This document shows, in pieces, positions 54,422-63,680 of a stretch of DNA of 64,000 bases. Position 1 is the first letter of the stretch. Every line of letters begins with the position of its first letter. Below the pieces are notes generated by a model. That model searched no databases and had not been told where the DNA came from. It saw only the letters and a list, made by a program, of their open reading frames with translations. Source of the DNA: Anaerolineales bacterium. GTDB taxonomy: Bacteria; Chloroflexota; Anaerolineae; Anaerolineales; UBA6663. Where the stretch lies: the NCBI GenBank assembly GCA_034434015.1, contig DAOUAB010000111.1, positions 2,208-66,207 on the forward strand, in the 5' to 3' direction. The position numbers were made by a program, and so were the translations under genes.

Positions 54422-55899
54422 GGCTCGTGGCTGCGATGCTGACTCCATCCCAGGCTAAACGGCAGCAGGTCGTTTTCGTCGGCCGGGTGCTTTGGGGGGG
54501 CGGCGCAGAGCGCGTGACTTTTGACCTGGCGCACAGTCTGAACCGCAGCCGCTTCGAGCCGCACGTCGTCCATCTGTTCGACCTCCCTGAGTGCCCGATC
54601 AGATATGACCCGGCCATCCCGGTCCACCCGGTCGAGCCGGTCACGCGCATGCTCCTGGCCGAGCTGCTCCCACCCCCGCCTCCGGAGAGGCCGCAGCCGG
54701 GGTGGGTCCAGGCCGGTCTGCGTTATTACCGCCTGCTCGACCCCTCGCTGCGAGGACGCTTGGCGCTCGGGGCCCGATTGCGGGGCGCATACCATCGCTG
54801 GAAGTCCCTGCGAGCCACCCTGGCCGCCCGGAGGCGGCCTCAGCCACCGGCGCCGCCCTCGGCGACGACCACGCCCTCTCCTATTCAGCGCGAAATGTCG
54901 CGGCTTCTTGGCCCCCTGGCCGATCTCTGGCCTCAAACCCTGGGGCTAAAACGGGTGCTCAACCGATTCGACCCTGACGCCATCCTGGTGCCCATCATGG
55001 AGGAGGCTGCAGTCCGGGTATGGTTGACCCAGGTGTTCACGCGCCGGCGCTATATCGCCTCGCTGCACAGCGTCGAGTCTTTCAACCTGCCGTTGATCTA
55101 TCCTGACCGCGAGCGCCTGGCGGATGAGGAGTGGCTCTTCTCAAACGCCTGCCGCAGCGCCGAGGTGGTCACCGTGCCCAGCACGGGCTGCCGCGACGAC
55201 CTGAGCAACCACTACGGGGTCCCGCCCGCAAACGTGCGCGTCATGGTCAACCCGGTCGCCTGTGATTGGATCCGGCAACACGCGCGCGCGCCGCTGCCGG
55301 AGCCGCCCGCTGCGGGCAAAACGCTGTTCGTGCAGGTCGCACGCCTGGACTATGACAAGAATCCGGACCTGCTCATCGACGCTGCCGACCTCCTGCGCCG
55401 CGATATGGACGACTTTGTGGTGCTGATGCTGGGCAAAGGCAGCCGCCGGGCCGAACTGGAGGCGAAAATCCAGGCCCGCGGCCTGGAGGCGCATGTTCGT
55501 CTCCTGGGCGAGGTGACGAACCCTTACCCGTTCATGGCCGCGGCGCGCGCCCTGGTGCTGACCTCGCGGGTGGAGAGCTTCGCCCTGGTGCTGCTTGAGG
55601 CGATGTTGTGCGGGGCGGTGCCGATTTCAGTGGATTGTCCCTTTGGGCCGCGCGAGGTCTTGGAGGGCGACCGTTACGGCCTGCTCGTCCGCCCGGACGA
55701 TCCGGAGGCCCTGGCCCAGGCGATGCTGCGGATCGCGCGCGACGAGGATCTCTATCAGACCTTGCGGGCGCGCGGCCCTGAGCGTGCCTCTCGCTACGAT
55801 CTCGCCGGGGTGGTCCGTGAGTGGGAGGCGCTGCTTGATGAAGTCTGCGCGGCCCGGCCGCCGCGCCCGATAGCATCAGCGGCGGCCCCTCCGGCATGA
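54418..55899 (+). CDS. GT-B glycosyltransferase (GT4, 'glycosyl transferases group 1') with Pro-rich insertion
   Basis: ATG overlaps the upstream stop. SRVESFALVLLEAMLCGAVPIS motif. About 110-aa insertion (PPPPPERPQ...RRRPQPPAPPSATTTPSP) in the N-terminal half. Confidence 0.8.
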   Translation: MRLVAAMLTPSQAKRQQVVFVGRVLWGGGAERVTFDLAHSLNRSRFEPHVVHLFDLPECPIRYDPAIPVHPVEPVTRMLLAELLPPPPPERPQPGWVQAGLRYYRLLDPSLRGRLALGARLRGAYHRWKSLRATLAARRRPQPPAPPSATTTPSPIQREMSRLLGPLADLWPQTLGLKRVLNRFDPDAILVPIMEEAAVRVWLTQVFTRRRYIASLHSVESFNLPLIYPDRERLADEEWLFSNACRSAEVVTVPSTGCRDDLSNHYGVPPANVRVMVNPVACDWIRQHARAPLPEPPAAGKTLFVQVARLDYDKNPDLLIDAADLLRRDMDDFVVLMLGKGSRRAELEAKIQARGLEAHVRLLGEVTNPYPFMAAARALVLTSRVESFALVLLEAMLCGAVPISVDCPFGPREVLEGDRYGLLVRPDDPEALAQAMLRIARDEDLYQTLRARGPERASRYDLAGVVREWEALLDEVCAARPPRPIASAAAPPA

Positions 55900-56864
55900 A
55901 CCCGCTGGTCACCATCATCACGCCGGCCTACAATCGGGCCGACTATCTGGCCGCGACCATCGAGAGCGTCCTGGCCCAGGACTATGCGCCGCTGGAGTAC
56001 ATTGTCCTCGATGACGGCTCTCAGGACCACACCCGCGAGGTCTTGGCGCGGTATAGCGGCCGGATCATCTGGGACTCCCATCCGAACATGGGGGAGACCC
56101 GAACCGTCAACAAGGGCTGGCAGCAAGCGCGCGGCGAGTTCGTGGCGGTGGTTAACTCTGACGATCCTCTGCTGGCCGGCGCGGTGCAGACGGCGGTGGA
56201 CTTCATGATTGCACATCCCGAGGTGCTGGTCGCGTACCCGGACTGGGACAAGATCGGCCCGCGCGGCGAGCTGATCGAGCGGGTGCAGGTGCCGGAGTAC
56301 AACTACCGTTATATGCTCACTCGCCACCACTGCATTGTGGGGCCGGGCGCCTTTATCCGCCGCCGCGCGTTCGAGCTGGCCGGGCTGCGCGATCCCGAGT
56401 TCCGCTACGTGGCGGATTTCGAGTATTGGCTGCGGCTCGGCCTGTATGGCCCGTTTGCGCGTATCCCAGCCTCGCTCGCCACCTTTCGGGTTCATTCTCA
56501 GTCGGCCTCGGTCTCCCATGCGGGCAGGGCTATGGCCGCCGAGCACATCCGCCTGATGCGCAAATATTATGCCCGGCCGGACCTGCCCGCCGAGGTGCGG
56601 CAGGTGCGTGCGGAGGCCTGGGGCTGGGCTCATCATGTGGCGGCCGAGATGTGCGGGCGGGACCGATTTGCTGCCGCTCTCCATTATCTGAAGGCTGTCT
56701 GGTGTCACCCACCTATCTTGTGGGTGCTTGGACGGAACCAACTGCTGCGTGCGCTGAAGCGCCTGCCTCCGCCGCTTTATGCGTTGCTGCGCTGGAGCGG
56801 GCGCCGCGCCCAGGCGGCAGGCCGGCAGTTGGCCCACGCCGTCCGTCCGCGGCAGGATATCTGA
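55896..56864 (+). CDS. Family 2 glycosyltransferase
   Basis: VTIITPAYNRADYL...IVLDDGSQD...VNSDD. ATGA overlap with the upstream gene. Confidence 0.85.
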   Translation: MNPLVTIITPAYNRADYLAATIESVLAQDYAPLEYIVLDDGSQDHTREVLARYSGRIIWDSHPNMGETRTVNKGWQQARGEFVAVVNSDDPLLAGAVQTAVDFMIAHPEVLVAYPDWDKIGPRGELIERVQVPEYNYRYMLTRHHCIVGPGAFIRRRAFELAGLRDPEFRYVADFEYWLRLGLYGPFARIPASLATFRVHSQSASVSHAGRAMAAEHIRLMRKYYARPDLPAEVRQVRAEAWGWAHHVAAEMCGRDRFAAALHYLKAVWCHPPILWVLGRNQLLRALKRLPPPLYALLRWSGRRAQAAGRQLAHAVRPRQDI

Positions 56865-56867
56865 GCT

Positions 56868-57857
56868 GTGCCCAGGGTCAGTGTCGTGATCCCAACCTTC
56901 AACCGGGCGGAGGTCGTTGGTCGGGCGATCGGGAGTGTGCTGGCGCAGACCTACCGGGATTACGAGGTGATCGTCGTGGATGATGGCTCAAGCGACTCGA
57001 CTCCCAGCCTGGTCGCCGCGCTCGCTCAGGGTCGGCCTTTCATCCGCTATCTGCCACAGCCGCACTGCGGCCGTTCAGCGGCCCGCAACCACGGCATGGC
57101 TGTAGCGCAGGGTGAGTATGTGGCTTTCTTAGATTCCGACGACGTCTTTCTGCCTGACAAGCTGCGGGTGCAGGTCGAGGCCCTAGACCAAAACCGGGCG
57201 TATGGCATGGTGTACTCCATGTACCTGGCCGTGGACGAGGCTGGCCGCCCGCTCCCGGGCGGTGGAGAGTCGCCCGAGCGGCTGTCTGGGCAGATTTACC
57301 CCGAAATGCTCTTTATCCAAAGAGCGTTGATCACTACGCCGAGCGTTATGGTCCGGAGGATGGTACTGGCTGAGGTCGGAGGCTTCGACGAAACCATGCA
57401 CATGTGCGAAGACCTGGACTTGTGGCGGCGCATTGCCCGGCGTCACCAGGTGCTCCAGATCGAAACGCCCCTGGTGCAGGTCACGTACCGGCGAAGCGAC
57501 CCGCTGGCTCTGGCCGAAAAGCTAGCGGCCCGCTCGCACTATTATCGCAAAGCCTTTGCCGAGGATCCGGGCTTGAGCCCGTCCGTGCAAACACGTTTGT
57601 GGACAGAGATGTACTGGCATTATGGGTCGGTGGCGCTGGTCAATCGGGATCTACGGCAGGGGATCGTGTGGCTGGCATCGGCGGCGCGCCACAGCCCTCG
57701 AGGTTTCGCTGGCTTCGCGGGCCGGGCGTCCTGGCGACGAGCTATGCAGTTGCTGGTGCGTGTGCTTATTAAACCATGGCTTGCCCCACGCCTCTACAAT
57801 CGGCTGCGCCGCTGGTATCAGCGGATCGGCGCTCGGCACCCATCCGTACTAGAGTAA
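56868..57857 (+). CDS. Family 2 glycosyltransferase
   Basis: VSVVIPTFNRAEVV...IVVDDGSSD...LDSDD. GTG start. Confidence 0.85.
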   Translation: MPRVSVVIPTFNRAEVVGRAIGSVLAQTYRDYEVIVVDDGSSDSTPSLVAALAQGRPFIRYLPQPHCGRSAARNHGMAVAQGEYVAFLDSDDVFLPDKLRVQVEALDQNRAYGMVYSMYLAVDEAGRPLPGGGESPERLSGQIYPEMLFIQRALITTPSVMVRRMVLAEVGGFDETMHMCEDLDLWRRIARRHQVLQIETPLVQVTYRRSDPLALAEKLAARSHYYRKAFAEDPGLSPSVQTRLWTEMYWHYGSVALVNRDLRQGIVWLASAARHSPRGFAGFAGRASWRRAMQLLVRVLIKPWLAPRLYNRLRRWYQRIGARHPSVLE

Positions 57858-57964
57858 GGGCCTGAACCCACCCAAGCCGTTCAAGTGGCGAATTAGAGCG
57901 CTGAGGTTTGGAATGGGTGCTGCGCCACACCGGAGAGTTGATATCACTGAAAAGGAGTTCCTGG

Positions 57965-59206
57965 ATGCATCGCTTCAGCCGACATGTCCGATGGCTGATC
58001 GGACCCGTGATGGTGTTGATGTTTGGCATGGCGCAGGGCTCCCTGACCGGGCAGTCTGAGATCGTTGATCAGCGCGTCGTCTTGAACGAGCGCCTGTTTG
58101 AGATCAGCAGGGGTTTTGATCAAGCCGCACGCCACCTCGCGAGCCAGCCCCCGGATCGGGGGCTGTCATGTGATGATCGTAGCTGGGTAAATCTCAAAGG
58201 GGTGATTGTTGATCTGGGGCGACAGATAGACCATCTAAGTGTGCTGGATGATCCGGACGTGCAACAGGAAGCTCGAATCTTCTGGGCTCGGTCCAGTGAG
58301 TTGTTAGAATTGCTTCGAGCCGAGACCGCCGGACGGCTGCACGCGTTTGGATGCCAATCTCACGCCCGCGATGTGAAACCTGCTGATCCGGCGACCTTCA
58401 CTTCTCATGATCATCTTTCAGAGGACGGGCTTACCGCACACAAGCTGGTAGAGGATTTCGCCTCCGTCCAAAACCCCAACCCGCAAATTCCCTATTTACA
58501 TGAGAGCTTGGCGGCCGTGCGGGATCTGGCTGCCGAGAGAAACGTTAATCTCCTGGACGCTTCACGCTTATACGTGTTTGAAAACAGCCGACACGGAGAT
58601 GGTGATTGGTATGTTCGCCATGCAAACGACGTGACTTACGTATTGGAGATGCTTTATAAGACCAGTATCGGCCTTCCGGATGCGGAACTGCCAGAGCTGT
58701 TATGTGGCAACTACGAAAATGTCCTGGGTACACTTCTTCAAGCAATGGGCTTTTCAACGCGCACGGTCTACTTGTATTCTGATATCCACACTGGCGTCCT
58801 GGGGCATGTCGTGTTAGAGGTCCTAAACCCGGTCACGGGTAACTGGGAAGTGCACGATGCTGATTACAATCTCTATTACGTTGACATTCAGACAGGTCGA
58901 CGTGCCTCCATCCTCGAACTGTTGACAACCCCGAATCTGGCGCGCTTTGCGCCCTGTGATAGTAAGTACTGCGGCTGGTTTGCGGCTCGGGGCAATGGGC
59001 TGTTTGCGCCGAGCGCACTTTTTCTGGCTGGCTATTTCTCAGCTGGCGAGATCCCGGCCCAGGGCATTGCGGTCGTCAATTACGCGCGCCGCGCGCGGGA
59101 CAGGCGCTTCCCGGATAACGACAACGTGACGTTTGCGACCTTTATTCAGGATCAGGTTCGGCAGCGCCGCGGTTTCTACGGGCTGGACCTGATCGAGCTT
59201 CCCTGA
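57965..59206 (+). CDS. Hypothetical secreted/anchored protein with transglutaminase-like Cys-His-Asp core (inferred)
   Basis: ATG 7 nt after AAGGAG. N-terminal hydrophobic helix. LLCGNYENVLGTLLQAMGFSTR...GHVVLEVLNPVTGNWEVHDADYN resembles the transglutaminase-like C...H...D arrangement. Confidence 0.4.
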   Translation: MHRFSRHVRWLIGPVMVLMFGMAQGSLTGQSEIVDQRVVLNERLFEISRGFDQAARHLASQPPDRGLSCDDRSWVNLKGVIVDLGRQIDHLSVLDDPDVQQEARIFWARSSELLELLRAETAGRLHAFGCQSHARDVKPADPATFTSHDHLSEDGLTAHKLVEDFASVQNPNPQIPYLHESLAAVRDLAAERNVNLLDASRLYVFENSRHGDGDWYVRHANDVTYVLEMLYKTSIGLPDAELPELLCGNYENVLGTLLQAMGFSTRTVYLYSDIHTGVLGHVVLEVLNPVTGNWEVHDADYNLYYVDIQTGRRASILELLTTPNLARFAPCDSKYCGWFAARGNGLFAPSALFLAGYFSAGEIPAQGIAVVNYARRARDRRFPDNDNVTFATFIQDQVRQRRGFYGLDLIELP

Positions 59207-59226
59207 AGGATTGGGTTTGAAATACT

Positions 59227-60378
59227 GTGGCTATCCAACTCTCCGTTCTGACACGAACCTTTCGCAAGCTGGTCCAAGGGGTGCTGCGTCCTCTCGTCGA
59301 GCGCTTCCCTGGGGTTTTTGCTGAATTACTGGCAGATCGCCTGGCACGCCGGCCGGTGGGCCGGGTGATGGAAGCTTTCAGCCGCCGGGGCATTCTCCTG
59401 TTCTCCGAGGAGGCTCTTGAACTAGACCCGGCTCAAGTCCTGGCATGGGCGGGTGTGGTTGCGGCGCACCTGGAGCGCCAAGAGGGCAATCCGGCCCATG
59501 ATCTCTTTTATCGACACGGGTTTCACCTGCTGCGCAAACACTATTATTTGCCGTTGCCGGATGAGGCGGACCTAGCCAGCCCCTGCGGCTCGACAGCGTC
59601 TCAATTGATTGGGCTAGACATGAATGAGGCCGTCGGCCTTGACCTGCTGGAGCAGGTGCTTCCAGCCTATGTTGAAGAGTTCCGGGCGCACTTTCCACTC
59701 CAACCCACTGGCAATCCCCGCGATTTTTACCTCATCAATGGCGGGTATATGGCCGTGGACGCTCACGTGTATTATGGCTTGATCCGCCACCTTAAGCCCG
59801 GTCGGATTATCGAGATCGGCTCCGGTTTCTCGACTCTGCTAGCAGGGCAGGCCTGCCTAAAGAACCAGGAAGAGACCGGCCGCGCCGTCCAACTGATCGC
59901 GCTGGAGCCTTACCCCTGGGACATCTTAAGAGAAGGTATTCCTGGTTTATCCCAACTGATCCCGGTCAAGGTGCAGGATGCGGATCTGGCCCTGTTCACA
60001 GGGCTGCAAGCCGGGGACTTCTTGTTTATCGACTCGAGCCATGCGCTACGCACGGGAGGCGATGTGCAGATGGAGTACCTGGAGATCCTGCCGCGGCTCT
60101 CTCCTGGGGTTCTGGTTCACGTCCACGACATCAGCCTGCCCAAACCTTACCCGCGCGTTTACTTCGAGAATCAGCTCTATTGGAATGAGCAGTACTTGCT
60201 CCAGGCCTTCCTCGCCTTCAACAAACGGTTTGAAGTGTTGTGGCCGGGTAATTATCTGATGGAGCGCTACCCGGAGCGGATGCGGGCGGTGTTTCCGGAG
60301 TTTGATGTGATGCGGCAACACTATCCTTTGTCGGAGCCATCCGCCTTCTGGATGCGGGTCAGGCAGGCGAGCGCCTGA
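59227..60378 (+). CDS. Class I SAM-dependent methyltransferase (Methyltransf_24/CmcI-like) with long N-terminal extension
   Basis: IIEIGSGFST (motif I), FLFIDSSH and VHVHD. The GTG start is uncertain. Confidence 0.6.
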   Translation: MAIQLSVLTRTFRKLVQGVLRPLVERFPGVFAELLADRLARRPVGRVMEAFSRRGILLFSEEALELDPAQVLAWAGVVAAHLERQEGNPAHDLFYRHGFHLLRKHYYLPLPDEADLASPCGSTASQLIGLDMNEAVGLDLLEQVLPAYVEEFRAHFPLQPTGNPRDFYLINGGYMAVDAHVYYGLIRHLKPGRIIEIGSGFSTLLAGQACLKNQEETGRAVQLIALEPYPWDILREGIPGLSQLIPVKVQDADLALFTGLQAGDFLFIDSSHALRTGGDVQMEYLEILPRLSPGVLVHVHDISLPKPYPRVYFENQLYWNEQYLLQAFLAFNKRFEVLWPGNYLMERYPERMRAVFPEFDVMRQHYPLSEPSAFWMRVRQASA

Positions 60379-60550
60379 GGGGTGATGCTTGTCTTGTGCG
60401 CCGGACTGCCCGGCTGCGTTTGACCGGCCTGCCGTTTTAGGGCCGGCCCCTTTCATCTCCTGTTTGCAGGCGTGCCCTGAGCCGTTCCCTGACAACGCCG
60501 ATCCGAGCGACGCGCGTTGTACTGACATCCGGGTGAAATGTGTGGCTGGG

Positions 60551-60556
60551 TATAAT
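60551..60556 (+). promoter_or_regulatory. Candidate -10 box TATAAT upstream of the sugar-nucleotide genes
   Basis: Read directly in the 250-nt spacer. No convincing -35. Confidence 0.3.
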
Positions 60557-60627
60557 GAAGGGTCTATGGCTGATCCGATTGGGCACGAGGGCGTGGCAGA
60601 CTCCCCTCACGGGAAGGGCAGGCGCCA

Positions 60628-61506
60628 ATGAAGGTCTTGATTCTAGGGGCCACCGGCATGTTGGGTCATAAACTGATCCAGGTGTTGGGCGGCCGATTCG
60701 AAGCGGTCGGCACGGTGCGCGGCAGCGTCGCTGCTTACCAGCATCATCCCGTCCTGGGCGGTCTGTCACTGCTGGGCGGCGTGCAGGCCGAGGATCTCGA
60801 TAGCGTAATCCGCGCAATCGCTACGGCCCGGCCGCAAGCAGTGATCAACTGCATCGGCTTGATCAAACAACTCCCCGGCGCCAAAGACCCGCTTCCCAGC
60901 CTGACGCTCAACGCGGTGTTCCCGCATCGCCTGGCGCAACTTTGCCAGGCGGCCGGGGCACGGCTGGTGCACATCAGCACCGATTGTGTGTTTTCAGGAC
61001 GAAAAGGCCGGTACACCGAGAGCGATCCCTCGGACGCCGAGGATCTGTATGGCCGCACGAAGTTTCTCGGCGAGGTAAGCGGGCCCGGCCGCCTGACGTT
61101 GCGCACCTCCATCGTCGGTCGTGAGTTGGGCACGCGCTCGGGCCTGTTCGAATGGTTTATCGGGCAGCGGGGCCGGAGCGTGAACGGCTACGCCCGCGCC
61201 ATCTACTCGGGCTTTACCACCCAGGTGTTGGCGGACCTGATCGCTGACCTGCTGGAGCAACATCCGGATCTGGAGGGCCTGTGGCAGGTGTCGTCTGAGC
61301 CGATCAGCAAGTACGATCTCCTGCAGTTGCTCAATCAGGCGCTGCAGCTGGGGATCCGCGTGAACCGCGACGAGGCGTTCTTCTGCGATCGCAGCTTGGA
61401 CAGCACCCGCTTCCGCCAGGCCACCGGCTTCACGCCGCCCTCCTGGGAAGACATGATCGCCCGGCTGGCGCACGACCCGACCCCGTACTCTCAACTTCAT
61501 TCCTGA
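60628..61506 (+). CDS. RmlD-fold SDR reductase (dTDP-4-dehydrorhamnose-reductase-like; WbvR/4-keto reductase candidate)
   Basis: MKVLILGATGMLG Rossmann motif and YGRTK catalytic pair. 292 aa. Confidence 0.75.
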   Translation: MKVLILGATGMLGHKLIQVLGGRFEAVGTVRGSVAAYQHHPVLGGLSLLGGVQAEDLDSVIRAIATARPQAVINCIGLIKQLPGAKDPLPSLTLNAVFPHRLAQLCQAAGARLVHISTDCVFSGRKGRYTESDPSDAEDLYGRTKFLGEVSGPGRLTLRTSIVGRELGTRSGLFEWFIGQRGRSVNGYARAIYSGFTTQVLADLIADLLEQHPDLEGLWQVSSEPISKYDLLQLLNQALQLGIRVNRDEAFFCDRSLDSTRFRQATGFTPPSWEDMIARLAHDPTPYSQLHS

Positions 61507-61515
61507 GGAATCTGT

Positions 61516-62571
61516 ATGCTGACTGACAAACGCATCGTCATCACCGGCGGCACCGGCTCACTGGGCAAAGTGCTGGTCCATCGCCTGCTCGCCGGTGAGC
61601 TGGGCCGGCCTCGCAAGGTCGTAGTCTTCTCGCGCGATGAGGCCAAGCAGCATGGAATGCGCATGGAATACCTTCAGCGCCGGGCGGCCACCGATGAGGT
61701 CATCTACCGCAATTTTGAGCAGCTCCTCGAGTTCCGCATTGGCGATGTGCGCGACTTTCACGCGGTCAGCGCCGTGCTGCGGGATGCTGATGTCGTCTTT
61801 AACGCCGCGGCCCTCAAGCAGGTGCCCACCTGTGAGTACTTTCCTTTTGAGGCAGTCCAGACCAACATCGGCGGCCCGGAGAACATCGTCCGGGCCATCA
61901 GCGAGCAGCGCCTGCGTGTCCAGACGGTGATCGGCATCTCGACCGACAAGGCCTGCAAGCCAGTCAATGTGATGGGGATGACCAAGGCCATTCAGGAGCG
62001 CGTCTTCATCCGGGCCAACCTGGATTGTCCGGAGACACGCTTCATCTGCGTCCGCTACGGGAACGTCCTGGCTTCGCGTGGCTCGGTGATTCCGCTCTTC
62101 CACGAGCAGATTCGCAACGGCGGCCCCGTGACGATCACTACGGCGGACATGACGCGCTTCCTGCTAAGCCTCAACCAGGCGGTGGACGTGATCTTCGCAG
62201 CATTGCGTGAAGCCCATCCGGGCGAGACTTACATCCCTCGGGTCCCCTCCGCCCGCGTCACCGATATCGCCCAGGTCCTGGTCGGCGACCGGCCGGTCAA
62301 GATGCTGATGACCGGGATCCGCCCCGGGGAAAAAGTGCACGAGATCCTGATCTCGGAGGAGGAAGTGCATCGTACCGTCGCGCGAGGCAACCACTACGTG
62401 ATCGTCCCAATGCTGCCGGAGTTGCGGCGCGATGGCCTGGGCGGCCCGGCTCTGGAATGCGAGTACAGCTCCGCCGATAATGTGATCTCCAGGGACGAGT
62501 TGCGCGAGTTGCTGGAGCAGCATAATTTGCTCGCTCTGGACGCGATCCCCGAAGGCGAGCTGCTCCGCTGA
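61516..62571 (+). CDS. UDP-N-acetylglucosamine 4,6-dehydratase/5-epimerase of the CapE/FnlA/WbvB type
   Basis: ITGGTGSLG. ISTDKACKPVNVMGMTK has Met in place of the SDR catalytic Tyr, as in CapE-type enzymes. Confidence 0.85.
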   Translation: MLTDKRIVITGGTGSLGKVLVHRLLAGELGRPRKVVVFSRDEAKQHGMRMEYLQRRAATDEVIYRNFEQLLEFRIGDVRDFHAVSAVLRDADVVFNAAALKQVPTCEYFPFEAVQTNIGGPENIVRAISEQRLRVQTVIGISTDKACKPVNVMGMTKAIQERVFIRANLDCPETRFICVRYGNVLASRGSVIPLFHEQIRNGGPVTITTADMTRFLLSLNQAVDVIFAALREAHPGETYIPRVPSARVTDIAQVLVGDRPVKMLMTGIRPGEKVHEILISEEEVHRTVARGNHYVIVPMLPELRRDGLGGPALECEYSSADNVISRDELRELLEQHNLLALDAIPEGELLR

Positions 62572-62591
62572 CCCGGGCCCAGACCTTCCTC

Positions 62592-63680
62592 ATGAAAGTT
62601 ATCACCTTCTTGGGCACGCGCCCGGAGATCATCCGGCTGAGCCTAATAATCGCGAAGCTGGATCGGCTCTGCCAGCACGTCGTCGTGCACACCGGGCAGA
62701 ATTTCGACCCTAACCTGAGCGACGTCTTTTTCCAGCAGCTCGGGGTGCGCGCCCCCGATCACTACCTGGGCGCCCGCGGCTCGTTTGGCGAACAGATTGG
62801 CACCATCCTGGCTGCCAGCGAGCGGGTGATGCTTGAGGAGAAGCCCGATAAGTGTTTGGTGCTGGGTGACACCAACAGCAGTCTGGCCGCGATCATGGCC
62901 AAGCGGCTGGGCATCCCGGTCTATCATATGGAGGCTGGCAACCGCTGCTACGACGACCGAGTGCCGGAGGAAGTCAACCGGCGCATCATCGATCATTCCA
63001 GCGATGTGCTGCTGCCCTACACCGAACGCAGCCGCCAGAACTTGCTGCGCGAGGGCCTCCCAGGCCAGCGCCTCTATGTCACCGGGAACCCGATTTACGA
63101 GGTCATCCGGCACTACGATCCGCAGATCCGCCAATCGACGATCCTGGATCAGCTGGGCCTGCAGCCCGCCCGTTACTTTCTGGTGACTATGCACCGCGCG
63201 GAAAATGTGGATATCGAGGCGCGATTGCGCGGCCTGGTGGCCGGTCTGGACCGCGTACAGCGGCGCTTCGGATATCCGGTGGTCATCAGCACGCACCCGC
63301 GAACCCGGGCGCGCCTGCAGTCGTTCGCCGTGGCCGCCGACAACCCGGCCCTGTGCTTCCTGGAGCCGTTCGGCTTCTTCGATTTCATCAGCCTGGAGCG
63401 CCAGGCATTCTGTGTGCTCAGCGACAGCGGCACGGTCCAGGAGGAGTGCGCGATCTTTGGCGTGCCGAACGTCACCATCCGCGACGTCACTGAGCGGCCC
63501 GAGACTCTGGAATGTGGCAGCAACATTCTGAGCGGTGCGGACCCGGACTCGATCGAGCGCTGCGTGGTCGCGGTGGTCGGCCAGATCGCCCGCTGGTCGC
63601 CGCCCCGGGAATATGTGGTGGACAATGTCTCGGACGTCGTGCTGAAGATCGTCCTGGGCTATCTGCATCCATGGCGTTGA
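62592..63680 (+). CDS. UDP-N-acetylglucosamine 2-epimerase (non-hydrolysing) family (FnlC/CapG/WbvD-like)
   Basis: FLGTRPEIIRLS, LGDTNS, HMEAGNR and HRAENVD motifs. Confidence 0.88.
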   Translation: MKVITFLGTRPEIIRLSLIIAKLDRLCQHVVVHTGQNFDPNLSDVFFQQLGVRAPDHYLGARGSFGEQIGTILAASERVMLEEKPDKCLVLGDTNSSLAAIMAKRLGIPVYHMEAGNRCYDDRVPEEVNRRIIDHSSDVLLPYTERSRQNLLREGLPGQRLYVTGNPIYEVIRHYDPQIRQSTILDQLGLQPARYFLVTMHRAENVDIEARLRGLVAGLDRVQRRFGYPVVISTHPRTRARLQSFAVAADNPALCFLEPFGFFDFISLERQAFCVLSDSGTVQEECAIFGVPNVTIRDVTERPETLECGSNILSGADPDSIERCVVAVVGQIARWSPPREYVVDNVSDVVLKIVLGYLHPWR

